Shown: positions 37,763 through 46,441 of the stretch, one piece after another
How the letters are laid out: each line of letters begins with the position of its first letter
Numbering within the stretch: the stretch's first letter is position 1
IMG/VR virus record: IMGVR_UViG_2643221578_000002
Location: 1-64,000 of that record
Source of the DNA: a virus
Lineage: Duplodnaviria; Caudoviricetes
DNA: 64,000 nucleotides
Direction: 5' to 3' (one strand)
The notes under the pieces: model-generated
The model's database searches: none
What the model saw: the letters and a program-made list of their open reading frames with translations, nothing else
Told to the model about the DNA's origin: nothing
Translations under genes and position numbers: made by a program

Positions 37763-38248
37763 GTGCAGCTGCCCGAGCAGCCCGTCGCCGGGCAGCCCAA
37801 CCCCGCCATCCGCCGCAACGCCGACCAGCTCATGGCGGCCATCGACGAGATCCAGATTGAGAAGGCCACCTCGTACCGCGACACCACCCGGCTCCCCGCG
37901 GTCGGTCCGACCCCGCCGGTGCAGCAGCCTGGCCAGCCAGCCATGTCGCAGTGGGCTATCGACAGCAGCGGGGTTCTCAAAGCGGTCAGCGTCGCGTCCC
38001 TGCCGGTCGGGGTTGCGGTGTGGCTCGTCGGCCAGGTTGACCCGCTGACCCTCGGGATCATCCTCGGGTCGCCGGCCGCAGTCGCGCTCGCCGTCGCTCG
38101 GCTGGTCGCGAAGGTCAAGGACGCCAACCAGGCGGCCCCGCAGCCGGTCGTGCAGCACTACCACGGCACCGTCCACCAGGACACCCGCACCGTCACCAGC
38201 ACCACCCGCGGCGTCATCGCCAACACCCGGAACACGACACGCGGCTGA
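37763..38248 (+). CDS. Spd-like two-TM membrane protein
   Basis: Pro-rich N-terminus, two TM segments, QHYHGTVHQD tail. Confidence 0.6.
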   Translation: MQLPEQPVAGQPNPAIRRNADQLMAAIDEIQIEKATSYRDTTRLPAVGPTPPVQQPGQPAMSQWAIDSSGVLKAVSVASLPVGVAVWLVGQVDPLTLGIILGSPAAVALAVARLVAKVKDANQAAPQPVVQHYHGTVHQDTRTVTSTTRGVIANTRNTTRG

Positions 38249-38306
38249 CACCCATCTCGACCACTCACCCCGCACCCGGCGGGACCATCAACCAAGGAGG
38301 CACGCC

Positions 38307-38789
38307 ATGGGATACGCAAGCTACGAGATCAGCCGCAACGGCGAAACCATCCCGGCCGGATACGCGGTCGAGGCCATCTGTGAAGAGACCGGCTGCGAAG
38401 AGAAGATCGACCGAGGGCTCGGCTGCCTCTGCGGGAAGAACCCCGGCGGCGACGAGCACGGCTGCGGCGGCTACTACTGCGGCCAGCACCTCACCTACGA
38501 CAACCAGTGCCAGCGGTGCGCCGAAGCCGCCGAGAAGGCCAACCGGTGGGTTCACCCCGGAACCGGTGAGGAGTTCGACCTGCGTGACCACTTCCTGCCC
38601 GCCGAAGCCGCCTACGACGGGCGCGGCACCGTGTGGAAGCACCTCGGCGACTTCGACGGCGAGACCCCGCTCCTCACCCCGGTCAATGCCATCGACTCGC
38701 GGCCCACCGGCGAGGCGCCGCGGTCGTTCACCGAGGGCGAGTGGGAAGAGGCCGCCCAGGTCATTCAGCGGCAAATGGCGACCGTTTAG
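38307..38789 (+). CDS. Cys-rich hypothetical protein
   Basis: AAGGAGG RBS; CEETGC..IDRGL..LCG...GCGGYYC..H. Confidence 0.75.
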   Translation: MGYASYEISRNGETIPAGYAVEAICEETGCEEKIDRGLGCLCGKNPGGDEHGCGGYYCGQHLTYDNQCQRCAEAAEKANRWVHPGTGEEFDLRDHFLPAEAAYDGRGTVWKHLGDFDGETPLLTPVNAIDSRPTGEAPRSFTEGEWEEAAQVIQRQMATV

Positions 38790-38919
38790 AAGAACCCGCC
38801 AGATACCAGGCGTCACACCTGTCACGAAATTCGACTCACCACCACACGCCCCCACCCGCCCGGACTCCACCGAGCCGAGCGCGGGTAAGGCGACCAACAC
38901 CAACCAGAGAGGCCCCACC

Positions 38920-39093
38920 ATGACCCAGCCCTACCTCGGCGACGACCACGAGCCGGACGCCCACGCCGACACGCTCCTCGGCCAGACCGCCCCCGGTCTC
39001 AGCCCGGAGGCCGCCGACTCGGTGCGCGCCGAGATGGCCCGCCGGGAGGCCGCCGGGCTCCCGGCCGTCCCCGACATGTCCTGGGACGACTGA
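38920..39093 (+). CDS. small hypothetical protein
   Basis: GAGG RBS. Confidence 0.55.
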   Translation: MTQPYLGDDHEPDAHADTLLGQTAPGLSPEAADSVRAEMARREAAGLPAVPDMSWDD

Positions 39094-39094
39094 C

Positions 39095-39514
39095 ATGGAA
39101 GTACGCACCTACGCCTGGCGGATCACCGATCGTGACTCGCGCGGCCCCCTGCTGGCCGCCGGGTTCGCGTCGTTCGACGAGCCGCTCGACGACTGGGAAG
39201 CCTCCGAACCGATCGTGAACGCCTTCCGCAAGGAACACGCCGCCGGGACGGTCAGCATCCAACTGTGGCTCAAGGAGGACTTCCTCCCTGCTGGCTTCCC
39301 GGTCGCCTGGGAATCCGACCGGGACCCGCACGGCACCGACCCAGTCCCGTCCGACGCCGCGGCATACTCCTACGACCCGCCCGTCGACGAAGACCCCGCC
39401 GACCGTGCCCGCGCCGACGTGCTCGCCGCAGCACTCAAGGGGCACGACGAAGCCGTCGGCCGTGTCGCCGTCGAAACGGCCAGGAACGCGGTCGCCGCAC
39501 TTAACTCCCAGTGA
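39095..39514 (+). CDS. hypothetical protein
   Basis: abuts previous stop; codon usage. Confidence 0.6.
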   Translation: MEVRTYAWRITDRDSRGPLLAAGFASFDEPLDDWEASEPIVNAFRKEHAAGTVSIQLWLKEDFLPAGFPVAWESDRDPHGTDPVPSDAAAYSYDPPVDEDPADRARADVLAAALKGHDEAVGRVAVETARNAVAALNSQ

Positions 39515-39759
39515 GCGTCGTGACCTTGCCCGAACCGGCAGCACAACCCGTGCCAGCCCGCCAATATGACCGCATGGCACTCAGCTTGACGTTCAGCGGC
39601 GAAGGCAAGGACATGACATTCGACGAGCTCGAAGAGTTCGTCAAGCAGGCGCGGGAGGGGAACGTGCAGGGGGACAGGAACGTGTACGCGGAGCTCAGCA
39701 CCAGCGGGAAGATCAAGGAGTTGAAGGTGCGGCTCGGTGAAGGCCGCGACGACTACTAG
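39511..39759 (+). CDS. hypothetical protein
   Basis: followed by a hairpin; start may be ATG 39574. Confidence 0.55.
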   Translation: MSVVTLPEPAAQPVPARQYDRMALSLTFSGEGKDMTFDELEEFVKQAREGNVQGDRNVYAELSTSGKIKELKVRLGEGRDDY

Positions 39760-39769
39760 ACCTCCGCGC

Positions 39770-39805
39770 GACGAGGCCCCGGACCAGAAGGTCCGGGGCC
39801 TCGTC
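39770..39805. terminator. hairpin terminator
   Basis: GACGAGGCCCCGGACC-AGAA-GGTCCGGGGCCTCGTC. Confidence 0.7.
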
Positions 39806-40040
39806 ATGTCGCAGGAGGTCGGATGGTGTCGCGCTGCCAGCCGTCCGGCATATGACAGAGTCATAGTCAAAGCGTGTGGGGCCGTGACTAGACCCACAGC
39901 ACCACATCCTCCAAACGGGTGACGCCGTCACAGATTCAAGAACTGTAATTCGCTATAGACGTTGACTTAGCGTGTACAAGCGAAACGCCCCAGCACGCCA
40001 GCGAACAACTGGCGAACCGGGGCGCAGCACAGGGAGGAGG

Positions 40041-40307
40041 TCAGGAACGGATGAACCGAAGCACCTTGTCCCGCAACAACCCCACACCAGCCGGGGCATA
40101 CACCGCGAACTTCAAGCACGCAACCAGCGTCACAGCCGGCCCGATCGCCAACCAGGGGTCCAACCCCTCCACGGCGACCAGCTCGGTGAACGACACGCCG
40201 CCCACCAACACCAACACCGAGTCGGTGGCCGGATGAGAACTGCGACCAGGCGCTGCCAGGTCGCGGCCAGGGGTATGCAGTCCCTGGCCCGCAGGGGATT
40301 GATCCAT
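40041..40307 (-). CDS. small membrane protein
   Basis: GAGGGA RBS; two hydrophobic segments; a competing plus-strand ORF also has an RBS. Confidence 0.45.
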   Translation of the reverse strand: MDQSPAGQGLHTPGRDLAAPGRSSHPATDSVLVLVGGVSFTELVAVEGLDPWLAIGPAVTLVACLKFAVYAPAGVGLLRDKVLRFIRS

Positions 40308-40511
40308 AGCTGATCCCTCTGTGAGGCGTCACCCCCCGCCCCTTATCGCCGGCAAGCAGATGCGGGTGGGGGGTGACGTGAACGTGAAGCACGGATGTGC
40401 TCCACCCGAATCAACGACACCCGTAAGCGTTTGAGAGCCCGATCCCGTCTCGACCACCTAATGGTGTGAACGCCCGAAACCTCACGTGACCGGTGGCCGT
40501 TTACCTTCGGC

Positions 40512-40697
40512 TCACCGCGCGGCGAAGCCCCGGACTCTGGGGTCCGGGGCTGTCTTGTGCTCTGCTCGGGCGATCCACGACCCGCCGAGCCGGTCTGTGG
40601 GTGGCAGCGTCACAGCCACATCCAGCAGCCGGCGCAGGTCGTCCAGCGCCTGCTGGCACTCGTCCTGGGTGCGGCCGTGAACCGTGAACCTCGCCAT
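40512..40697 (-). CDS. small hypothetical protein
   Basis: MARFTVHGRTQDECQQALDDL; hairpin at its 3' end. Confidence 0.5.
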   Translation of the reverse strand: MARFTVHGRTQDECQQALDDLRRLLDVAVTLPPTDRLGGSWIARAEHKTAPDPRVRGFAAR

Positions 40698-40811
40698 GAC
40701 CGCATTCTGCCGGGGGAGCGGCGGTGGCGGGGGAGGAACGCCCATATGGGGTCTAGCGCCCCCTCCCGGGCCGGGGCTACTCTCGACCCCCAACTCAGGG
40801 GGAGGGGCAGC

Positions 40812-41012
40812 ATGGCGAAGAAGAAGAAGGCGAAGAAACCGGAGAAGCCTTCCGGGTGGTGGGTGGAACAACGCATCTGGCGAGCCGAGTTGGCGAAGCG
40901 TCAGGCGATCGAGGACGCCCGTCACGAGAGGGTGTACGGGCGGGTCGGTCAGACCCCGCCACGGCAGTCGTCGAACTCGGTACACGCCATGTCGAGCGGG
41001 TCCTACCGGTGA
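40812..41012 (+). CDS. small basic protein
   Basis: GGAGG RBS; followed by hairpin 41042-41070. Confidence 0.55.
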   Translation: MAKKKKAKKPEKPSGWWVEQRIWRAELAKRQAIEDARHERVYGRVGQTPPRQSSNSVHAMSSGSYR

Positions 41013-41110
41013 CCTGATCGGCTCCGGTTGATACGCAACGAAGCCCCCGCACCAGCACGGTGCGGGGGCCTCGTCGTGGGCGCTCAGGGCGCCTCCCGGC
41101 GGGCCGACGG

Positions 41111-41404
41111 CTACTCGTGCGGGTAGTCGTTGTGCTCGACATACGGTGCGGCGAGGAGCCGCACTTGGTACTCGGCAGTCCGGTCGGCCGCTCCCTCCGC
41201 GCCCAGGTGCGGAACGATGGTGTCCTCCAGGAGCGCGATGCGCACCTCGGCGGTGGCGATAGAGAACCGGGCGTGCGCCGCGGCGTCCTCGGGTGCGACA
41301 CCGAACCGCCCAGGATCCTGGGTGACCGTGCTGCTCGCGAAGCGGGCCTTCTCCAGTTCCTCCGTGAACTGGGTCCGGAGGAAGACTGCCAGGCGGTCGG
41401 TCAT
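41111..41404 (-). CDS. DUF6221-like phage protein
   Basis: MTDRLAVFLR...VRLLAAPYVEHNDY; resembles 45201-45584. Confidence 0.65.
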   Translation of the reverse strand: MTDRLAVFLRTQFTEELEKARFASSTVTQDPGRFGVAPEDAAAHARFSIATAEVRIALLEDTIVPHLGAEGAADRTAEYQVRLLAAPYVEHNDYPHE

Positions 41405-41934
41405 GAGGGCTCCTGGTTCTGCCGCTCGCGGAGTTCGTCGAGCAGCGACGGGTTGACGATCCGGACGATGGTCTCGATGTCCCGGTCGTCGGCGGCAGGC
41501 CACAGGATGTCCCGGGCTGCCCGGTACTTCGCGGCCAGTCGGGTCCGCTTCTCCTCGGGGAGCTGCGCCGCCCGGTCGGGGTGGCTGTTGTGCGCGTTGT
41601 CCGCGATCTTCAGACGGACCGCGCCCCGCCCGCGCCCGGTGATGCGAGCCACCTTCTCCTCATAGGGCACCCCGCGCTCGTTCGTGACCGCCTCCACCAG
41701 CGCGACAACATGGTCCGGGACGCCAGCCTCGCGCAGCCGCTCAGCAGTCCAGTCGGTGTCCTCGATGACGTCATGCAACAGCCCCGCCATCACCAGGTGA
41801 TCACCGAACGGGGCGAGCCCGGCGGCCACCGCGCGGACGTGCTTGATGTACGGCACGCCAATCTTGTCCACCTGGCCGGCGTGCGCGGCGGACGCCAAGG
41901 CGTCGACCTCGGCGACGGTCTTCGTTGCGCTCAT
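41401..41934 (-). CDS. HD-domain small alarmone hydrolase-like protein (Mesh1/SpoT hydrolase fold)
   Basis: AHAGQ.D..G.PYIKH, LLHDVIEDT, LKIADN..N motifs. Confidence 0.85.
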   Translation of the reverse strand: MSATKTVAEVDALASAAHAGQVDKIGVPYIKHVRAVAAGLAPFGDHLVMAGLLHDVIEDTDWTAERLREAGVPDHVVALVEAVTNERGVPYEEKVARITGRGRGAVRLKIADNAHNSHPDRAAQLPEEKRTRLAAKYRAARDILWPAADDRDIETIVRIVNPSLLDELRERQNQEPS

Positions 41935-42395
41935 TCGGACACCGCCTTCGGGGCCGCCTCGTCGTTCTTGCTCGGCCGGGTCGGGGTTCGCGAGCCCGGC
42001 TTGTGGAGGTACCAGTCCATGAAGGACCGCAGCGCGGCGCTCCGGTCCGTCCCCATGCTGCCCGTCGCCGCACCGAACTCTGCCCAGGTGTCGAGGTCAA
42101 CCCGGATCGGCCGCGTCGGAGTCTTTCCGGCGACTGGCGACACCTTGAACGCTGGCGTCCCCGCCTTGTTGTGGAGTGGCTTCTCGGCGGCGATGGCGGC
42201 CACCTCCGCCTTCTCTGCTGCTGCGCGTGTCTCGTGCCACTCGACCACTCGTCGGTCGACAGCTGGCCACCACGGCTTCTGCTCGGAGTGCTGGCCCCAT
42301 CGAACGTCGGGCTTGTGACTGATGCCGATGTACAGCAAGCAGCCGTGTTGATCGAACAGGCGGTACAGGGCGGTGCGCCCGGGGTTCTTCGGCAT
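41931..42395 (-). CDS. GIY-YIG domain fused to a ribbon-helix-helix-like domain
   Basis: ALYRLF...LLYIGIS...R..QH...E..AI..E.P.HN; C-terminal TPTRPIRVD..W..F...RS..LR.F. Confidence 0.75.
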   Translation of the reverse strand: MPKNPGRTALYRLFDQHGCLLYIGISHKPDVRWGQHSEQKPWWPAVDRRVVEWHETRAAAEKAEVAAIAAEKPLHNKAGTPAFKVSPVAGKTPTRPIRVDLDTWAEFGAATGSMGTDRSAALRSFMDWYLHKPGSRTPTRPSKNDEAAPKAVSE

Positions 42396-42405
42396 GGTCT
42401 CCTCC

Positions 42406-42693
42406 TCAGCTGGAGGATTCCCCTCCGGCTGCCTTCTTGGCGCTGACGACGGTTCGCTCTCGCAGTGGCGGGATGCCAGCTGCTTTGGAGATGCGGCCAA
42501 CGTGCTGCCGCTCGTAGGGGACGAGTCGGGTGACCTCGGAGGGGCCCAGGGTGCGGGCTTTGAGGACTTCGACGATGCCCTCGTTGAGGGCGGTGCGGGC
42601 GGCGTCGAGTTGTTCCTCGGCCGCGTTGTAGGCGGCTCCGAGCTCGGTGAGCTTGTCGCGTGCTGCCTGCTGCTTCTTCTCGGTCGCGGTCAT
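42406..42693 (-). CDS. small HTH regulator
   Basis: GPSEVTRLVPYERQHVGRI HTH; same architecture as 29983-30210. Confidence 0.65.
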   Translation of the reverse strand: MTATEKKQQAARDKLTELGAAYNAAEEQLDAARTALNEGIVEVLKARTLGPSEVTRLVPYERQHVGRISKAAGIPPLRERTVVSAKKAAGGESSS

Positions 42694-42780
42694 GCCTCTG
42701 ATGATGCCACGTCTTGTCGCATCCCCGATAGGCACCCTAGCGATGCATCTCTATGTTGTCACTCATGAATACCGCTTGAC

Positions 42781-42801
42781 GTTGCATCCTCATGATGCAA
42801 C
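42781..42801. promoter_or_regulatory. perfect inverted repeat next to a TTGACG promoter element
   Basis: GTTGCATC-CTCAT-GATGCAAC; further GATGC/GCATC half-sites at 42700-42750. Confidence 0.6.
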
Positions 42802-42847
42802 TATTGAGTCATCGCCAAGCCGTGCAGCACCACCCGAGGGGGACTCC

Positions 42848-43111
42848 GTGATCGCCAGCAACCGCACCCGCCGCGCCACCCTGAAGGCCCGCCAGACCGC
42901 CAACCGGGCCGCCGCACGCATCCGCCGGCGCGGCACCGGCACCCTCGCCGCACACGCCATGGCCCAGGGCCTGTCCCACCGCGACGCCACCTCCGTCGCC
43001 GGCACCCTCCGCAAGGTCGCCGCGAAGCTCGGCATCCTCGGAACCGCCGGTCGTGCCCACGCTGGCCGAGGTGAAACGCCGCGACCGCGAATGGTTCGAG
43101 CGGGACTATGA
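42848..43111 (+). CDS. small basic protein
   Basis: GAGGGGGA RBS before GTG. Confidence 0.55.
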   Translation: MIASNRTRRATLKARQTANRAAARIRRRGTGTLAAHAMAQGLSHRDATSVAGTLRKVAAKLGILGTAGRAHAGRGETPRPRMVRAGL

Positions 43112-43134
43112 CAACGACAACGAGGAGTAGCCCG

Positions 43135-43425
43135 ATGAGCATCCGACTCGCAAACCTGGACATCCGGTGGACCGGAACCGACGACACCACCCCCGCCGGG
43201 CACGTCCTTGTCCTCGGTATCGACAACGCCGGGCTTTTCCGGCTCTGCCTGTACGCCGGAGAGACCCCGGCCGATGAGCAGTTCAGGGGCTCGCTCCTGA
43301 TCCCGCCGGAGGGCCACAAGGAGCCCTTCCTGCCGACCCGAACGACCGCCTACAACACGGGCGGCGGCTGGGTCACCTGCTTCGGAGACCAGACCAGCAT
43401 GCTCGCCCGGCTCGCCACCACTTGA
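43135..43425 (+). CDS. hypothetical protein
   Basis: GAGGAG RBS. Confidence 0.65.
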   Translation: MSIRLANLDIRWTGTDDTTPAGHVLVLGIDNAGLFRLCLYAGETPADEQFRGSLLIPPEGHKEPFLPTRTTAYNTGGGWVTCFGDQTSMLARLATT

Positions 43426-43478
43426 CCGCCCTTGGGTCGCCGTGTACGGCCCGGCGGCCCACAACCCGAAGGAGCATC

Positions 43479-43652
43479 ATGCCGATCACCGCCACCTACC
43501 AGGTCAAGTGCGACGTCTGCTTCGGCGTGCTCGACGGCGAGTACGACACCCGCGAGGACGCCCAGGAGGCCCGCCAGGCAAACGGCTGGGAAGACTCGGA
43601 CGGGCGGACCGCCTGTCCCGCGCACAACACCACCCAGGAGCCCCCGCGATGA
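43479..43652 (+). CDS. small zinc-binding protein
   Basis: CDVC...GW...CPAH; AAGGAG RBS. Confidence 0.6.
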   Translation: MPITATYQVKCDVCFGVLDGEYDTREDAQEARQANGWEDSDGRTACPAHNTTQEPPR

Positions 43653-43713
43653 TCCAGCCCGGACAGACCCGCGACGTGGCGCGCCGCCGCACCGGATACG
43701 TACAGGAGGACAC

Positions 43714-43923
43714 GTGAGCGACGTCGGCACCCGCATCCTCAACCGGCTCCACCAAGAAGCCCTCGACGAGAACGAGGAGCGCGACTGGTACCGCACCGGG
43801 CGTATCCCCTGCCACGACTGCGGAACCACCGTCCGCACCAAAACGCTGGAGACCCTCCCGCCGCACAGCTGCATCCAACGGCAGCAGGCCCGGCGCGAAC
43901 GAGAAGCCCAGGAGGACACGTGA
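43714..43923 (+). CDS. small zinc-finger protein
   Basis: CHDC...H.C; flanked by 16-bp direct repeats. Confidence 0.6.
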   Translation: MSDVGTRILNRLHQEALDENEERDWYRTGRIPCHDCGTTVRTKTLETLPPHSCIQRQQARREREAQEDT

Positions 43924-44159
43924 GGACCGCGCACTACGCCTGGTGCTTCAGCCACGGTGCAACCCACACGTTCCCCACCGGAACTGCCCCCTGGTGCACC
44001 GGCCTCTGGATCGCCTTCACCGCCACCACCGAAGCCGAGACCCTCGCCTCCAAGTGCGCCCACTACGGCGAAGCCCAGTACCTCGACGAACTCCCCGTCG
44101 AGAAGCAGATCGAGGTCATCGAGACCACCGACGCCCGAGCAGACGGGCCACTCCGGTAG
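43920..44159 (+). CDS. hypothetical protein
   Basis: AGGAGG RBS, GTGA overlap. Confidence 0.6.
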   Translation: MRTAHYAWCFSHGATHTFPTGTAPWCTGLWIAFTATTEAETLASKCAHYGEAQYLDELPVEKQIEVIETTDARADGPLR

Positions 44160-44302
44160 CCACCACCCCCCCTGGGCCCGCCCTGAACCATCAGGCGGGC
44201 CCGAGGCGCGCCGAGGGCGGCATTGGCTCAGGGTTGTCATCACGCCAGCGCACAATTGGCCTACAAGCCACTTGCTTCCCGCACCCACCACGAGGAGCCG
44301 CT

Positions 44303-45109
44303 GTGCACAACAACCATGACGACGCCGATTACGAGTGGCCAACGTGCATAGCCCCGAACTGCGGGCGGCAGCTGTGGGTCGCCGAAGCAGGCCGATATAC
44401 GTGCCGCCCCTGCGAGGACCAGACCGCCAAGCGGCTCGCCGAACTCGGGCCGCTGTTCCGCCGGCTCAACGAGACCGCCGCTCTGATGCGGGGTGCCCGC
44501 CGGCCCGGCGGTGCCACCTCCGGGTCCCGCACCCCGCCGATACCCCCGCGCCTCGAAGTCCTCGCGCTCACCGCCAACGGGGGAGTCGCCACACGGTTGC
44601 AGGCCATCGAGGACTCCTGGCGGCAAGCCCTCGGCTGGGACACCACGGTGGCGGTCGAGGAGCGGACCACGTTCCCCGTCACCCGGGACGCCGACGGTCG
44701 CACCCAGGTCGGGCGGCCGGTGAAGGGCGACCGGGTCTACCCGCACTGGCGCACCCAAACCGCCAGCCGGGCCGTGCCCGAGCACCTCACGTTCCTGGCC
44801 AACAACCTGCCGTGGGCGGTGTCGAGCTACGAGTCGGTCGGGCAGGACATCGACGACCTGTGCCGCCTCCACGCCGAATGCGTGGCCGTCGCCGCGAACG
44901 AACACCGGCCCGGCCGCGTCCAGATCGGCCGCTGCCCTGCCCGGTACGACGACGGCACCCTGTGTCGGGCCGACCTCACCGCCACCGCCAGCAGTCACCG
45001 CGTCCACTGCGGGGTTTGCGGGGCGCGGTGGGAAACGCTGGGGGAGTGGAAGCAGTTGCGGGAACAGCAAGACGCGATGCTGCGGGACGACGCGGGGGTG
45101 GCGGCATGA
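44303..45109 (+). CDS. zinc-ribbon protein, possible late-gene regulator
   Basis: GAGGAG RBS; N- and C-terminal CxxC pairs (IGRCP...C...VHCGVCG). Confidence 0.7.
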   Translation: MHNNHDDADYEWPTCIAPNCGRQLWVAEAGRYTCRPCEDQTAKRLAELGPLFRRLNETAALMRGARRPGGATSGSRTPPIPPRLEVLALTANGGVATRLQAIEDSWRQALGWDTTVAVEERTTFPVTRDADGRTQVGRPVKGDRVYPHWRTQTASRAVPEHLTFLANNLPWAVSSYESVGQDIDDLCRLHAECVAVAANEHRPGRVQIGRCPARYDDGTLCRADLTATASSHRVHCGVCGARWETLGEWKQLREQQDAMLRDDAGVAA

Positions 45110-45204
45110 GCGAGGTCGTGGTGGCCTTCATAGCCATCGTGATCAGCGTCGGATCGGTCGCCGTCACCGCCCTGTCCATCTACCTTGACTGGAGATGGTC
45201 ATGA
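45106..45204 (+). CDS. single-TM peptide
   Basis: 32 aa hydrophobic, ATGA overlaps. Confidence 0.45.
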   Translation: MSEVVVAFIAIVISVGSVAVTALSIYLDWRWS

Positions 45205-45584
45205 CCGACCTTGCCGACTTCCTCCGCGCCCGCATCGCCGAACGCCGGGCCATCGCCGATACGATCCACGATCTCGGATGCGGCGAGATCCGCTACGACG
45301 CAACCTGCACCTGCGGGCAACCTGCCTTCGCTGAAGCCGACCTCGATGCCAAGCTCGCCTTATTCGAAGACCTGCTCGCCGAGGGGCACGAGCGCAACGA
45401 AGAGGACCACTGGTACAGCTGCGCCGCCCTCACCGATGAAGACGGCAATGCGCTCTGCTTCGACGAAAGCCGAGCACCCGGCCCCTGCGACTGCGGCCGA
45501 GACGCACGCATCAACCGACGGCTCCGCATCCTCGCCCGACCCTTCGCCGGGCACGCTTCCTACCAGGAAGACTGGGCAGCATGA
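45201..45584 (+). CDS. DUF6221-like protein; contains a TTA codon
   Basis: MTDLADFLRARIAE...LRILARPFAGH..YQEDW; TTA at 45360. Confidence 0.7.
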   Translation: MTDLADFLRARIAERRAIADTIHDLGCGEIRYDATCTCGQPAFAEADLDAKLALFEDLLAEGHERNEEDHWYSCAALTDEDGNALCFDESRAPGPCDCGRDARINRRLRILARPFAGHASYQEDWAA

Positions 45585-45874
45585 GCGACTACACGGACGA
45601 CACCCTGACTCGCTACCTCGACCAGCAGCCCTCGATGCGAGAGGCACTGCTCCGGGACCCGACGCAGCGCGCCCAGGCCGAACACATGCGGAACCTTCTC
45701 GGCGCGGCCGCGCGAGCCATGGCCGCCGAAGGGGTGCCCGAGGACACGCAACGGAGGGTAGTCAACCGCATCGTCTGGGGCGAACCCGAAGGTTGTATCG
45801 ACGTGAACGGCGAGCGGCTTGCCTTCTTGGATGCACCGGTCGACTTCTCGAAGCAGCCGCTGCCAGACCTCTGA
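45581..45874 (+). CDS. hypothetical protein
   Basis: ATGA overlap. Confidence 0.6.
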   Translation: MSDYTDDTLTRYLDQQPSMREALLRDPTQRAQAEHMRNLLGAAARAMAAEGVPEDTQRRVVNRIVWGEPEGCIDVNGERLAFLDAPVDFSKQPLPDL

Positions 45875-46014
45875 GCCAGAGCTGCCGACATGCCGAATCG
45901 GCAACCCCTCTTGCCGATCGACCTGCGATGAGCGTATCGTCTGCTCCAATCGATCTCGCTGTGTCTGGAGGCCCACCCCACCGGTGGGCCTCATCCATGT
46001 TCGGGGGTGACCAC

Positions 46015-46260
46015 ATGCCCGAGCAGCTCATCACCGAAGACCTCGCGGCCTACTGGACCGGACGACCCGCCACCACCATCCGCCGATGGGCCGCCGAAGG
46101 CAGACTCACCCGCCACCAAGACCGCAGTCGCCGCCGAAACGGCGTGCTCTACAGCCTCGACGAACTCCCCGCCGCCGAACGCGACGCAGACACCCGAGTC
46201 CTCATCACCCCAGCACCAACACCCCCGATCCTCGGCCAGCACGACGTACTTGCCGCCTGA
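46015..46260 (+). CDS. MerR/excisionase-like HTH protein
   Basis: AAYWTGRPATTIRRWAAEGRL. Confidence 0.7.
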   Translation: MPEQLITEDLAAYWTGRPATTIRRWAAEGRLTRHQDRSRRRNGVLYSLDELPAAERDADTRVLITPAPTPPILGQHDVLAA

Positions 46261-46441
46261 AACCCCTGCGCTGGTGGGCGCAGGCCGGGCCTTGATGCGC
46301 CACTGCGCTCGGCCCACTCTGTCCGCCCGGTCGAGGGTCCGGGCGGACACAGACCCGGGACCCCCAGTCCCGCCGTGACCCCGCCGTCAACACCTCTCCC
46401 GTTTGACGGCGGGGCCACACCCCAGACGAGGGGAGGCCACC

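Noticed and set aside
28742-38248. Autonomous AICE or integrated plasmid
   Set aside because: No integrase, RepSA/RCR initiator or att-like flanks recognised; treated as a phage-borne module, though a decayed insertion cannot be excluded
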